Source: an uncultured Gemmatimonadales bacterium | GTDB lineage: Bacteria > Gemmatimonadota > Gemmatimonadetes > Gemmatimonadales > GWC2-71-9 | Direction: 5' to 3' | DNA length: 64,000 bases | NCBI GenBank assembly: GCA_963844035.1 | Contig: CAWJMT010000032.1 | Coordinates: 1-64,000 of the forward strand | Part shown: piece by piece, positions 20,822 through 30,878 of the stretch | How positions within the stretch are numbered: position 1 is the stretch's first letter | How the letters are laid out: every line of letters starts with the position of its first letter | Notes under the pieces: generated by a model | What the model was told of the DNA's origin: nothing | Databases searched by the model: none | What the model saw: the letters and a program-made list of their open reading frames with translations, nothing else | Position numbers and translations under genes: made by a program

Positions 20822-21289
20822 CTACTGTCCCGTGTACATCGTCCCACGCATCGCGCCGCCCGAGGGTTTCTGGGCCGTGGTCGTAAAGAACACCACCTGG
20901 GTTGTGTAACGGCGAATCGAGGACTTGATGGATGCGGCCGTCGCCGGCGCTACCACCGTGGCCGTGCCGCTCTGGGCGGAGCACGCCGCGACGCCGGAAC
21001 AGAGGATCGCCGTAGCCTAATTGGGAAGGGCGAGACCGGCGCCGATCTGGTACAGGGCGATCGAATCGATCGTCCCGGGCGGGAGGACCGCGACCGAGTA
21101 CGAGTAGGCGAACGTGGCGGTGTTGAAGTCGATCAACGCTCTGGCAGACGTGTCGACCGGAGGCCGCACCGGAATGACGTTCGCGCCCCAGGCCACCGCG
21201 GTGTAGGAGTCGGTATCAGCCGGGAGGGTTGCGTCGTCACCGCACGCGGCTCCGACCATGAGCGCTGCGCATTTTGCCAAGGCCTTCAC
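20822..21289 (-). pseudogene. CHRD-like lipoprotein with in-frame TAG at 21017-21019
   Basis: Lipobox GAAC; YTAVAWGANVIP; frame continues past TAG as ATAILCSGVAAC...QVVFFT...GGAMRGTMYTGQ*, matching neighbouring paralog. Confidence 0.65.
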
Positions 21290-21423
21290 TCTTCGCGCGA
21301 ACAGAGTTCCTCCACCGTCGGGGGTTCAAAAGGTCAATCGTTCGGATTCGGGAGCGACAACCTGATACCCGAAGGGGGGCTCTATTGATCCGGAGCCGGA
21401 GGGTCCGACCCCTAGCTACGCCC

Positions 21424-21988
21424 TCATGGATACTGAAACAGGCGGATAGTGCCGCGCATGGCGCCGCCGGCGGCAAATGGCGCTGCAGCTGTGAAGAAGA
21501 CCGCTTGCAGACTGTTCGAGCGGAGCAAGGCTCGCAACGTCGCGTGGCGGTGCCGTGAAGAACACCACTTGCAGGCTGTCGCGCGAGAGGCGACGTCGCG
21601 GCTGCCATCGAGGGCGGTGCTGCCGCAATTCCGCTTCTCGTGGCGCACGCCTCTGCGCCATCGCATAGAACCGCGGTCGCTAGCGCGGGAAGGGCGTCTG
21701 TTGCACCAGCTTGGTAGAGGGCAATCAGATCGAAGGTGTCCGGAGGGAAGCCGAAGATCGAGTACGAATAGAAGATAGAGTAGGAATCGGGCTGTCCGGC
21801 GGCGCTGATGAGGCTGACATCCACGAAACCGGTGCCAGAAGGGGTGGGAGGCGAAGCCGGCGGCGGAACGACGTTAGTGGGTGAGACGAATGCCTGATAG
21901 ATCTCGGGGGAGGGGCGTCGACGTCATTGCATCCCGACAGGAGCAGGACGGTGAGACCGAGCACGCCGTACAGCATGGGCGTTCTCAT
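21424..21988 (-). CDS. CHRD-like lipoprotein paralog (frameshifted, internal duplication)
   Basis: LLLSGC lipobox; YQAFVSPTNVVPP; YSYSI..PP.T.D.IALYQ; AVLCDGAEAC; QAVFFT...GGAMRGTIRL. Confidence 0.6.
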
Positions 21989-22166
21989 CGCGCGCGCCAC
22001 GCCGCTTACCAAGACCTTCGGGAATCGGGCCACCATGGCCGCTCCAAGAAGAAGGCTGGTTAATCTTGGGGCCTCGAACCGACCTTAGCAACTCACGCCT
22101 CCGACCCGCCTTCTTTCAAGCGCCCCGGGCTTTACATGGTGTCACCCCGGCGGTTAACCTCGACCC

Positions 22167-23654
22167 ATGACCAAAGCCACTACTCTGGGCGAATTGAAAC
22201 AGACCGAATGGGCGAGCCCGGCCCGCCGCCAGCGCACCGTGAAGGACGAGATGCGCGACAACCTCGTCTGCCTGCTCGAAAACGGGTCTCCCCTGTTCCC
22301 CGGTGTGGTGGGCTACGACGACACGGTGATCCCGCAGCTCGTGAACGCGATCCTGTCGCGCCACAACTTCATCCTGCTGGGACTAAGGGGACAGGCGAAG
22401 AGCCGCATCCTGCGCGAGCTGGTGCTGCTGCTCGACGAAGAGATCCCGGTGCTGGCGGGCAGCGAGGTCAACGACGATCCGTTTAAGCCGATCTCCAAGG
22501 ACGGCCGGGAGCGGATCGCGGAGCTGGGCGACGCCACGCCGATCGCCTGGCTGCCACGCGAATCGCGCTACGTCGAGAAGCTCGCGACCCCCGACGTGAC
22601 CATCGCCGACCTGATCGGCGACGTGGACCCGATCAAGGCCGCGCGCGGCGGGCATCTCCTGTCGGACGAGCTGACGATGCACTTCGGCCTGTTGCCGCGC
22701 GCCAACCGCGGGATCTTCGCGATCAACGAGCTGCCGGACCTCTCGGGCAAGATCCAGGTGGGCTTGTTCAACATCATGCAGGAGGGGGACGTCCAGATCA
22801 AAGGGTATCCCGTGCGGTTGAACCTCGACGTGGCGCTGCTCTTCACGGCCAACCCCGAGGACTACACCGCGCGCGGCAAGATCATCACGCCCTTGAAGGA
22901 CCGCATCGGCTCCGAGATCGTGACGCACTACCCGCTCACCGTAGAGCTGGGTGCCCTGATCACGCAGCAGGAAGCGTGGGTCGAGCGCCCCGGCCGGCCG
23001 GTGCGCGTACCCGACTTCATGGCCGAGCTGGTGGAGCGCGTGGCGTTCGAAGCGCGCGAGGACAAGCGGGTGGATCGCCGCAGCGGCGTCTCGCAGCGGC
23101 TCCCGATCTCGCTGCTCGAGAATGCCATCTCGAACGCCGAGCGGCGCTCGGTGGTGACGAAGGACAAGACGGTGGTCCCCCGCGTGTCGGACGTGTACGC
23201 CGCGCTCACCGCGATCACCGGCAAGATCGAGCTGGAGTACGAGGGGGAGCTGCAGGGGCCGGAGACGATCGCGAAGGACCTGATCCGCCGCGCCGCGGGC
23301 AAGACGTTCGAGTCGCGCGTGGGCGGCGCCAACGTGGACGACATCGTCCACTGGTTCGACGAGGGAGGCGCGCTCAAGATCCAGGTGGACGAGCGCGCCG
23401 ACAATTGCATCAAGGGGTTCAGCGTCGTCCCCGGTCTGCTCGCCCTGGTAGACCAGGTCGGGCTCGCGCCGAAGAAGGACCCGCTGCTGGTCGTGTCGGC
23501 CTGCGAGCTGGTGCTCGAGGGACTCGTGGCCTTGAAGCGCATCTCGCGCAGCGAGGAGCTGGGCTATACCCGGGCGCGGGCGGAGCCGAAGGGTCCGGGA
23601 CATGGCAAGCCGGGCGCGGGACCGGGGGGCGCGGGGCCGAATCTCTTCTCGTGA
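22167..23654 (+). CDS. AAA+ ATPase, ChlI/magnesium-chelatase-like family (VWA partner type)
   Basis: GLRGQAKS Walker A variant, [38 protein letters not shown]. Confidence 0.9.
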   Translation: MTKATTLGELKQTEWASPARRQRTVKDEMRDNLVCLLENGSPLFPGVVGYDDTVIPQLVNAILSRHNFILLGLRGQAKSRILRELVLLLDEEIPVLAGSEVNDDPFKPISKDGRERIAELGDATPIAWLPRESRYVEKLATPDVTIADLIGDVDPIKAARGGHLLSDELTMHFGLLPRANRGIFAINELPDLSGKIQVGLFNIMQEGDVQIKGYPVRLNLDVALLFTANPEDYTARGKIITPLKDRIGSEIVTHYPLTVELGALITQQEAWVERPGRPVRVPDFMAELVERVAFEAREDKRVDRRSGVSQRLPISLLENAISNAERRSVVTKDKTVVPRVSDVYAALTAITGKIELEYEGELQGPETIAKDLIRRAAGKTFESRVGGANVDDIVHWFDEGGALKIQVDERADNCIKGFSVVPGLLALVDQVGLAPKKDPLLVVSACELVLEGLVALKRISRSEELGYTRARAEPKGPGHGKPGAGPGGAGPNLFS

Positions 23655-24529
23655 CGCCACCCACTGACCACGGCGATCTCTCGCGCCGCGACTTTGTCGC
23701 GGTGTCGGTGGTCGCAGGTCTAGCCACCGCGGCCGGCCTGCCCTTCGTCACGGATACTCCGGTGGTCGAGACCGAGGTCCAAGTCCCGACGCCCGATGGC
23801 AACTGCGACGCCGTCTTCATCCACCCGGCCAAGGACTCCCATGCCGGCATCTTGATCTGGCCGGACGCGTTTGGTCTGCGTCCCGCAATGCGCGACCTCG
23901 GCAAGCGGATCGCCGCCGTAGGGTATTCGGTGCTGGTGCCCAATCCGTTCTACCGCGTCGCGAAAGCACCCGTTTTCGACGACATCTCCAAGTTCGACTT
24001 CCAGAATCCGGCCGACAGGGCAAGACTGCAGCCCTTGAGGGAATCCTTGAACGCCGCGGGCGCGGTGGAACGGGATGCCGTTGCCTACATCGCCTTTCTG
24101 GATGCGCAGTCTCAAGTCGACAAGACCGCGAAGATCGGGACGCAAGGCTACTGCATGGGTGGACCCTTGGCCGTCAGGACCGCCGCGGCGGTTCCCAATC
24201 GCGTCGGCGCCGCCGCGTCGTTCCATGGCGGCGGGCTCGTCACCGACCAGCCCGACAGTCCCCACCTGCTCGCGCCCAGGATCAAGGCGCGCATGTATTT
24301 CGCGATCGCGTCGAACGACGATGACCGCCAGCCAGAGGCCAAGACGGTGTTGAAAGAGGCGTTTGCGGCCGCGCAGGTTCCCGCTGAAATCGAGGTTTAC
24401 CGCCACGCCTTGCACGGCTGGTGTGTGCCGGACATGCCGGCTCGAAACGGCACGCCGATTTACAGCAAGCCCGACGCGGAGCGCGCCTGGAGCAAGCTCA
24501 TCGATCTGTACCAGGCGGGCCTCTTCTGA
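23651..24529 (+). CDS. Dienelactone hydrolase family protein with Tat-like leader
   Basis: SRRDF motif; GYCMGG nucleophile, SFHGG, HGW. Confidence 0.9.
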   Translation: MTPPTDHGDLSRRDFVAVSVVAGLATAAGLPFVTDTPVVETEVQVPTPDGNCDAVFIHPAKDSHAGILIWPDAFGLRPAMRDLGKRIAAVGYSVLVPNPFYRVAKAPVFDDISKFDFQNPADRARLQPLRESLNAAGAVERDAVAYIAFLDAQSQVDKTAKIGTQGYCMGGPLAVRTAAAVPNRVGAAASFHGGGLVTDQPDSPHLLAPRIKARMYFAIASNDDDRQPEAKTVLKEAFAAAQVPAEIEVYRHALHGWCVPDMPARNGTPIYSKPDAERAWSKLIDLYQAGLF

Positions 24530-24585
24530 CGGCTGAAGGGTTTCGGGCGTAAGTTCGTCCTACACTCGCCCCCTTCGGAGCATCC

Positions 24586-25503
24586 ATGGGTAAGCTCGTC
24601 GCCGGTGCCGTGCTGCTGTTCATCGCCTTCGGGATTCTGCTCGCTGCCGCGACGATGCGGTCGCAACGCCCCGGCCCCGTCGTCAACCTGCTGCGATTCC
24701 TGGGATACGCGGTTTTCGTCGTGGCCGCGCTGGTGCTCGGCGGCTCGGCGCTGGTCGTCATCGATCCCGGCGAGGTCGGGGTGCGGCGCGCGTTCGGCTA
24801 CGTGGACCCGCAGCCGCTGCTCTCGGGGATCCGCTTCGTGGTGCCGTGGTCTGAAATCGAGCGCTACTCCACCCGCGAAGAGCAATGGCCGTCACGCGGC
24901 GAGCAGGTAGAGACCATCGAGGCGCTGTCGAGCGAGCAAATGGGGATGCGCGTCGAGGTATCGATCCGCTGGCAGATCGACCCGATACAGGCGCCCAAGA
25001 TCTACACGGAGATCGGCAACGAAGATCAGATCCGCGGCGCCGTGCTCAACGCGATCCGCAAAGGCGTCCGCGACGGGATGGTGCAGTTCTCGATCAACGA
25101 CATCTCCAAGCGCACCCAGATCGCCACCACGATGGAGCACCTGGTGGACTCGTCGCTCGTCACTACGCCGCGGGTGGGGACCGGCAAGTTCCGCATCGCG
25201 ACGGTCACCGCGTTCTTCCTGCGCGACCTGCAGCCGCCCGCGCAGGTGATCCAGGCGATCAACAACAAGATCGCGCAGGAGCAGCAGATCGAGACCGAGC
25301 GGCACCGCGTCGAAGTCGCGCGGCTCCAGATGGAGCAGCAGCGCCTCTTGAATCAGACGCTCTCGCCCGAAGCGCTCACCAAGCAGTGGATCGAGGCGCT
25401 CCACGACATGAAGACCTCGAACAACATGATCGTGTTCGTGCCCACCGAGGGCGGACTGCCGCTGCTCAACATCAACGAGCTGCGGAAAAACCTGCAGCGA
25501 TAG
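24586..25503 (+). CDS. SPFH/prohibitin family membrane protein
   Basis: Two N-terminal TMs, VVIDPGEVGV...FG, P..V.QAINNK..QEQ coiled coil. Confidence 0.88.
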   Translation: MGKLVAGAVLLFIAFGILLAAATMRSQRPGPVVNLLRFLGYAVFVVAALVLGGSALVVIDPGEVGVRRAFGYVDPQPLLSGIRFVVPWSEIERYSTREEQWPSRGEQVETIEALSSEQMGMRVEVSIRWQIDPIQAPKIYTEIGNEDQIRGAVLNAIRKGVRDGMVQFSINDISKRTQIATTMEHLVDSSLVTTPRVGTGKFRIATVTAFFLRDLQPPAQVIQAINNKIAQEQQIETERHRVEVARLQMEQQRLLNQTLSPEALTKQWIEALHDMKTSNNMIVFVPTEGGLPLLNINELRKNLQR

Positions 25504-25508
25504 CCCTG

Positions 25509-26142
25509 ATGGCGTCGCCCGTCATCACCGTCACGCGGCAGTTCGGCTCCGGCGGCTCCGAGATCGCGCGCCTGGTGGCGGATGCGCTCGGCTGGGAAGT
25601 GATCGACAACGAATTCGTGGATGCGGTGGCACTGCGCGCGGGCCTGCCGGCCGCCGAGGTGGCGCAACGCGAGGAGCGAGCCCCGGGGTTGCTCGAGCGC
25701 GTCGCCCGCACGCTCGCGGTCGCATCACCCGAAATGTTCATGACCGTTGCTACGGCGCCCGCCGTCGAGCGCGATGAGGCGACTCTGGTCAGCATGACCG
25801 AGCGGGTGATCGCCGAGGCCGCGGCCCAGGGACGGGTGGTCCTCGTGGGACGGGGCGCGCAGGCGGTGCTGGCGCAGCAGCCCGATGCGCTGCACGTGTA
25901 CGTGGTGGCGTCGCGCGCGTGGCGGATCAAGCTGGCGGTCGAGCGGCTCGGCGTCGACGCAGCGAACGCCGGCAAGGTGGTGGATGAAACCGACCGGCGG
26001 CGCGACGACTACGTGACGACCTACTACGGCCGCGCCCGCCAGGACCTCGCGAACTACGATCTGATCGTGAACGCTGAGAAGCTGGGGTTTGAGGGGGCGG
26101 CGGGGATTATCGTCGGCGGAGGCGCGGAGACGAGGGTGGTGA
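25509..26142 (+). CDS. Cytidylate-kinase-like family protein
   Basis: VITVTRQFGSGG.EIA, VLVGRGAQ, DRRR..Y...YY, YDLIVN; likely end EARRRGW* after indel ~26114. Confidence 0.85.
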
Positions 26143-26144
26143 AT

Positions 26145-26231
26145 GACGCTACGACGCCAAGACGCTAAGACGCTAAGGCAAAGGGTGCACACTCTTAACG
26201 TCTATGGCGACGTACCGTCTTAGCGTCTTAG
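26145..26231. repeat. Octamer (GACGCTAA / TTAGCGTC) inverted tandem arrays between convergent genes
   Basis: gacgctac gacgccaa gacgctaa gacgctaa ... ttaacgtc .. gtaccgtc ttagcgtc ttag. Confidence 0.85.
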
Positions 26232-27412
26232 ATCGGCGCCCGCCACGACGCTATCCCTACGGCGACCAGGCACGCAACTCCCCCCAGCGCAATCGCAATC
26301 GGCGCGCCGTGGTGTTCCGCGACAAACCCCGCCTGGAACGCGCCCAGCGGCGCCATTCCCACGAACACGAAAGCATAGAACGCCATCACCCGGCCCCGCA
26401 GCTCGTCGGGGACCAGGGTTTGCAGCATCGTGTTGGACAGGGCCGTCGTGATGATCATGGCGCACCCCGCGAGCGCGAGCAGCGCCAGCGCCGGGGCAAA
26501 GCTGCGCGCCGCCGCGAACGCCACGAGCAAGATCGAGAATACCGCCCCGCTCTGCACCAGCGCCGGACCCTGCCGCACGCGCCGCCCCGCGAGCGCAAGC
26601 GCCAGCGCTCCCAGCATGGCGCCGACGCCGACGCTCGCCATGAGCACCCCGTACCCGCGCGCGTCGGTGTGGACGACGTCCCGCGCGACCACCGGCATCA
26701 GCACGAGGAATGGAAACCCGAACACGCTGAACACCGCGACGAGAGTCACGATCGCCGATATGCGGGCCTCGCGCCGGATAAATGCCACCGCCTGGCGAAA
26801 CCCGACCCAGGCGGAGTATTCGATGTGCCGGGGAACGAACGGCGGGAGACGGATCGCCAGCAGGCCGGCGAGCACGGCCAGGTAGCTCACGCCGTTCAAG
26901 AAGAAGCACATTCCGACGCCGGCGGCGCCGATCAGCACGCCCGCCACCGCCGGACCGACGATGCGCGCCGCGTTGAACATCGACGAGTTGAGGGCGATCG
27001 CGTTCATCAGGTTGTCCTTCCCCACCAGCTCGACGATGAACGCCTGCCGGGCGGGGATGTCGAAGGCGCTCACGATCCCGAACAGCACCGAGAGCACCAT
27101 CACCTGCCAGGTCGTCGCCGACTTGGTCCACACCAGGAACGCGAGCGCCAGTCCCTCGAGCATCTGCAGCACCTGCGTCCAGACGATCAGCCGGCGCTTG
27201 TCCACGCGATCCACCACCACCCCGGCGTACAGCGTGAACACCAGCACGCCGAGCGAGCGCAGCGCCTGATTGAGCCCGACGGCGAATGCCGAGTTGGTCA
27301 GCTCGAGCACCAGCCAGCCCAGGGCGACCGCCTGCATCCACGTGCCGATCAGCGAGATGCCTTGTCCGAAGAAAAAGAGGCGGAAGTTGCGGTGGGCGAG
27401 CGCTCCGGTCAT
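26228..27412 (-). CDS. MFS transporter (DHA3/MFS_3-like)
   Basis: NFRLFF.GQ.IS..GTWMQ, DRVDKRRL, PARQA, AIALNS..FNAARIVGP, P.ELRGRV. Confidence 0.93.
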   Translation of the reverse strand: MTGALAHRNFRLFFFGQGISLIGTWMQAVALGWLVLELTNSAFAVGLNQALRSLGVLVFTLYAGVVVDRVDKRRLIVWTQVLQMLEGLALAFLVWTKSATTWQVMVLSVLFGIVSAFDIPARQAFIVELVGKDNLMNAIALNSSMFNAARIVGPAVAGVLIGAAGVGMCFFLNGVSYLAVLAGLLAIRLPPFVPRHIEYSAWVGFRQAVAFIRREARISAIVTLVAVFSVFGFPFLVLMPVVARDVVHTDARGYGVLMASVGVGAMLGALALALAGRRVRQGPALVQSGAVFSILLVAFAAARSFAPALALLALAGCAMIITTALSNTMLQTLVPDELRGRVMAFYAFVFVGMAPLGAFQAGFVAEHHGAPIAIALGGVACLVAVGIASWRAPI

Positions 27413-27456
27413 TGCGGGAAAGCTCGCAGGGGGCCGATATTTCGAACAGGGCGCCG

Positions 27457-28755
27457 ATGAAATACACGACGTATAGCCGCTACCTGCCCGAGTTGGCCGA
27501 CACGATCAATCTCCAGGGCCTGCTCGACCAGCTTGCCGACTTTCTCCTCCAGTCCGGCTTCGCCGGAGGCGCGTACTCGCACCCCTTCTGGGGCGAGTTC
27601 GGCGAGGACGAGGCGGACCGCTCGCTCGACGCGCTGCGCCAGGCGATCCTCCAGGCGCTGATGGAGTCGGGGCAGCTCACGCCCGACATGCTCAAGGTGT
27701 TGCGGGGCGATTCCACCGGGGACGCCGAGCGCGATGGCGACCTCCAGCGCCAGCTCTCCGAGCTGCTCGACAAGATCGTCCAGAAGCTGATGGACGAGGG
27801 CTATCTCAACGTCAGCGAAGCGCCGCAGATGCCCGCCGGGCAGCAGCCGCTGCTCGGCCCCGGAGGGATGGCGAAGGAAGCCGCGCAGCAGGTGCAGTTC
27901 AACCTCACCGACAAGGGCATCGATTTCCTCGGCTACCGCACCCTCAAGGCCCTGCTCGGCAGCATCGGCAAGTCGAGCTTCGGCGCGCACGACACGGAGT
28001 ACCTCGCCACCGGCATCGAGGCCGAGGCGGCGAGCAAGCCGTACGAGTACGGCGACACCCTGAACCTCGACGTGAACGCGACGCTGACCAACGCCCTCGA
28101 GCGCGAGGGCCTGGGCGTCCCGATCAACCTCGAGTACGAAGACCTGCGCGTGCACCAGGCGGAGTACCGGTCGTCCTCCGCCACGGTGCTGATGCTCGAT
28201 TGCTCGCACTCGATGATCCTGTACGGCGAAGACCGCTTCACGCCCGCCAAGAAGGTGGCGCTCGCACTCACGCACTTGATCCGCACGCAGTTCCCGGGCG
28301 ACACGCTGCGCGTAGTGCTGTTCCACGACACGGCGGAAGAGATCCCGCTCGCGCAGCTGGCGCGCGCCCAGGTAGGGCCGTATCACACCAACACGGCGGA
28401 AGGGCTCAAGCTGTCGCGTCGCATGCTGATGTCGCAGCGCAAGGACATGCGGCAGATCATCATGATCACCGACGGCAAGCCGTCGGCGCTGACGCTCCCG
28501 GACGGCCGCATCTACGTGAACTCGATGGGTCTCGATCCGCAGATCCTCCAGGCGACCTATCGCGAGGTGGCGCTGTGCCGCAAGAGCGGCATCCTCATCA
28601 ACACGTTCATGCTGGCGCGCGACCGCAGTCTCGTGGAGTTCGTCAAGAAGGTGAGCGCGATCTGCCGCGGGAAGGCGTACTTCACGAACACGATGACCCT
28701 CGGGCAGTTCATTTTGATGGACTTCATGCGCAGGAAGACGCGGCGGGTGAGTTAG
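27457..28755 (+). CDS. VWA domain protein (partner of AAA+ ATPase)
   Basis: DCSHSM MIDAS, TNT..GL, IIMITDGKPS. Confidence 0.9.
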   Translation: MKYTTYSRYLPELADTINLQGLLDQLADFLLQSGFAGGAYSHPFWGEFGEDEADRSLDALRQAILQALMESGQLTPDMLKVLRGDSTGDAERDGDLQRQLSELLDKIVQKLMDEGYLNVSEAPQMPAGQQPLLGPGGMAKEAAQQVQFNLTDKGIDFLGYRTLKALLGSIGKSSFGAHDTEYLATGIEAEAASKPYEYGDTLNLDVNATLTNALEREGLGVPINLEYEDLRVHQAEYRSSSATVLMLDCSHSMILYGEDRFTPAKKVALALTHLIRTQFPGDTLRVVLFHDTAEEIPLAQLARAQVGPYHTNTAEGLKLSRRMLMSQRKDMRQIIMITDGKPSALTLPDGRIYVNSMGLDPQILQATYREVALCRKSGILINTFMLARDRSLVEFVKKVSAICRGKAYFTNTMTLGQFILMDFMRRKTRRVS

Positions 28756-28768
28756 GGGCGTTGCCGAT

Positions 28769-29506
28769 ATGGCTCGACTCTCGTGGGTCCAATCCTGGGT
28801 CATCGCCGCGACATTCGCGACGGCCCTAGGCGGGTGCGCCGAGGGGTTTGACAATCCGGACCGCTGCGTCATGCAGCTAGCGGAGATCCTGCCGCCGGGT
28901 CCCCAGCTCAACATCGGTGACACCATCACGCTGCGGGCTCAGTTCTACGACGTATCAGCCGACTGCCTGCCACCCGACACCACCGCCAAGAGCCTTCGCT
29001 GGGTCACTGCATCTGCGGGTGCCCTGGGTGTCATCGCCATCGACTCCCTCACCGCGCGGGTCACCGCACTCAAGGCAGGTTGGATGTACGTCCGGGCGCA
29101 GGCAAGGTTCAAGAACGGGTCGTGGTCGGGGTACTCGGGCGTGGGAATCACCAGCGTGAGTGTGCTCGAGCCCCCCAGTGCCGATACCTTGGTGAGCCGC
29201 GTGTCGAACCAGATGCCCGACAGCGCGAGCATAACTCTCGAGGATGCGAACGGCATCGTTCAGCGAACTCAGACTGTGGCCGGCCACGGCTCAACGTGCT
29301 GGGTTACCCCGCTATCGGACAGCGTGAGGTACAGTGCATTCGTGCATTCGCCGTCAGGGCCGACTGCACCAGGCGGGACATTGGTTAGCCACCAATCGCT
29401 AATGCTCACCCACTCCTGGGTCGTCACCGTGGGGGACACCGGCACAGCGCCTGCGCTCGCTGCAATTGTCCACGCAATTGGTATGAACGGCGACAGGGGT
29501 TGCTAG
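28769..29506 (+). CDS. Hypothetical lipoprotein, possible Ig-like domain
   Basis: ALGGC lipobox; LNIGDTITLRA, VTALKAG beta pattern; less GC-biased codons. Confidence 0.55.
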   Translation: MARLSWVQSWVIAATFATALGGCAEGFDNPDRCVMQLAEILPPGPQLNIGDTITLRAQFYDVSADCLPPDTTAKSLRWVTASAGALGVIAIDSLTARVTALKAGWMYVRAQARFKNGSWSGYSGVGITSVSVLEPPSADTLVSRVSNQMPDSASITLEDANGIVQRTQTVAGHGSTCWVTPLSDSVRYSAFVHSPSGPTAPGGTLVSHQSLMLTHSWVVTVGDTGTAPALAAIVHAIGMNGDRGC

Positions 29507-29521
29507 GGGATCACGCATTCC

Positions 29522-29990
29522 ATGACTCACTTTGCCTTGGGTTCGACCGCGCTCTTCGTCGCCGTGCTCACCGGCTGCGCGCGCGCCCCGGACGTGGCCG
29601 CGGCGCGTACCGCGCTGATGGACGCCGACCGCGCGTTCAACAAGGCCACCGCCGAGCGACGCGTCGATGGGTGGATGGAGTTCTTCGCCGAGGATGGCAG
29701 CGATGATACGCTCCGCCGGCACGATCACGGGCCGGGCCGCGATCCGGGAAGACATGGCGAAGGCGTTCGCCGACACGGCATTCACGCTCACGTGGGAGCC
29801 GTTGCAATCGGACGCGTCCGGCGACCTGGGTTACACCAACGGCACATACGAGGCCCGGTTCCGAGATGCAAAGGGGAACGCGATGACGCGCACCGGCCGG
29901 TACCTGACCATCTGGAAAAAGCAGGCCGACGGTTCCTGGAAGGTGGTGCGGGACATCGGCGTACAGGACGCACCGCCCGCCGGCCAGTGA
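29522..29990 (+). CDS. DUF4440/NTF2-like (SnoaL-like) lipoprotein (frameshift ~29700)
   Basis: LTGC lipobox; LTWEP..SGDLGYT.G.Y, GRYLTIWKKQADGSWKVVRD. Confidence 0.85.
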
Positions 29991-30367
29991 CAGCGACACC
30001 AACGTCGCAGGACGCATCGCAGCGCCTCCTGGCATTCCGCGCCACGCGCGCACTGATCCTCGGCGTCATGGCCATGGGCGCGGCGGCGTGGCTGCTCTCG
30101 CTTCCGGCCGTACTCACCGGCCTCGCCTGCGGCGTCGTGCCGGCCCTGCTCATTGCGCGATCCAGAACTCTCCGAACGCCGATCATCGTCACCCTCGCCA
30201 CCGCGATCGGCGGGGCCGCGGCGGGGTCCCTGGTGTTCGGGCACGGGCCCACGGGAATGCGGATACTCTCCGGCCTGATCGCGAGCCTTGCGGTCGGTCC
30301 CTGGCTGGTGGTGCTGGGATTTGTGCTGTGGCTACGCGCCCAGCGCATTCGCGCTGCCGCGCCTTAA
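29987..30367 (+). CDS. Hypothetical membrane protein
   Basis: GTG overlapping upstream TGA; about four hydrophobic segments. Confidence 0.55.
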   Translation: MTATPTSQDASQRLLAFRATRALILGVMAMGAAAWLLSLPAVLTGLACGVVPALLIARSRTLRTPIIVTLATAIGGAAAGSLVFGHGPTGMRILSGLIASLAVGPWLVVLGFVLWLRAQRIRAAAP

Positions 30368-30416
30368 CATTCGACGACCGCGAGCGTCTGAAGCCTCCCA
30401 AGGAGGAAATCTCAAC

Positions 30417-30830
30417 ATGCGTATGACGTTCGCTTCACTCGTCGCCGTCGTTGGCTTCATGGCCACGCCGCTCGCGGCGCAGCAACCGTCCGGCCGCTGG
30501 GGCATGGACACCACGCTGTACGACCACCTCGGCCTTACGCAGGAGCAGAAAGACAAGGTCAGGTCCATCCGGGACCAGGTGATGCAGCAGAATGCCCCGC
30601 TGCGTGAACAGATCAAGCAGGTGCTGGGCGGCAAGTCGCCCCGGGACCTCACGCCGGAAGAGCGGGAGCAGTACCGGCCCAAGATCGAGCCGATCCGCAA
30701 ACAAATCATGGAGAACCGGAAAAAGGGACGCGATCAGATCATGGCGATCCTCACCCCCGATCAGCGTAAGCAGCTCGAGCAAGAGATGAAGCAGCATCGG
30801 GAGGAGCGGGGGGAGGGCCCGCCAAGCTAG
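30417..30830 (+). CDS. Spy/CpxP family periplasmic chaperone (LTxxQ)
   Basis: AGGAGG RBS, signal peptide, LGLTQEQK and ILTPDQR motifs. Confidence 0.85.
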   Translation: MRMTFASLVAVVGFMATPLAAQQPSGRWGMDTTLYDHLGLTQEQKDKVRSIRDQVMQQNAPLREQIKQVLGGKSPRDLTPEEREQYRPKIEPIRKQIMENRKKGRDQIMAILTPDQRKQLEQEMKQHREERGEGPPS

Positions 30831-30878
30831 CGGCACCGGGCGGCGGCCCAGCCGCCCACCGGCTGTTAGATTGCGGGC

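Noticed and set aside
22085..22110. Possible sigma54 promoter upstream of CHRD-like genes
   Set aside because: GG-to-GC spacing does not fit the -24/-12 consensus
10824..26231. Short repeats considered as CRISPR arrays
   Set aside because: Units are 7-8 nt without unique spacers, and no cas genes are present
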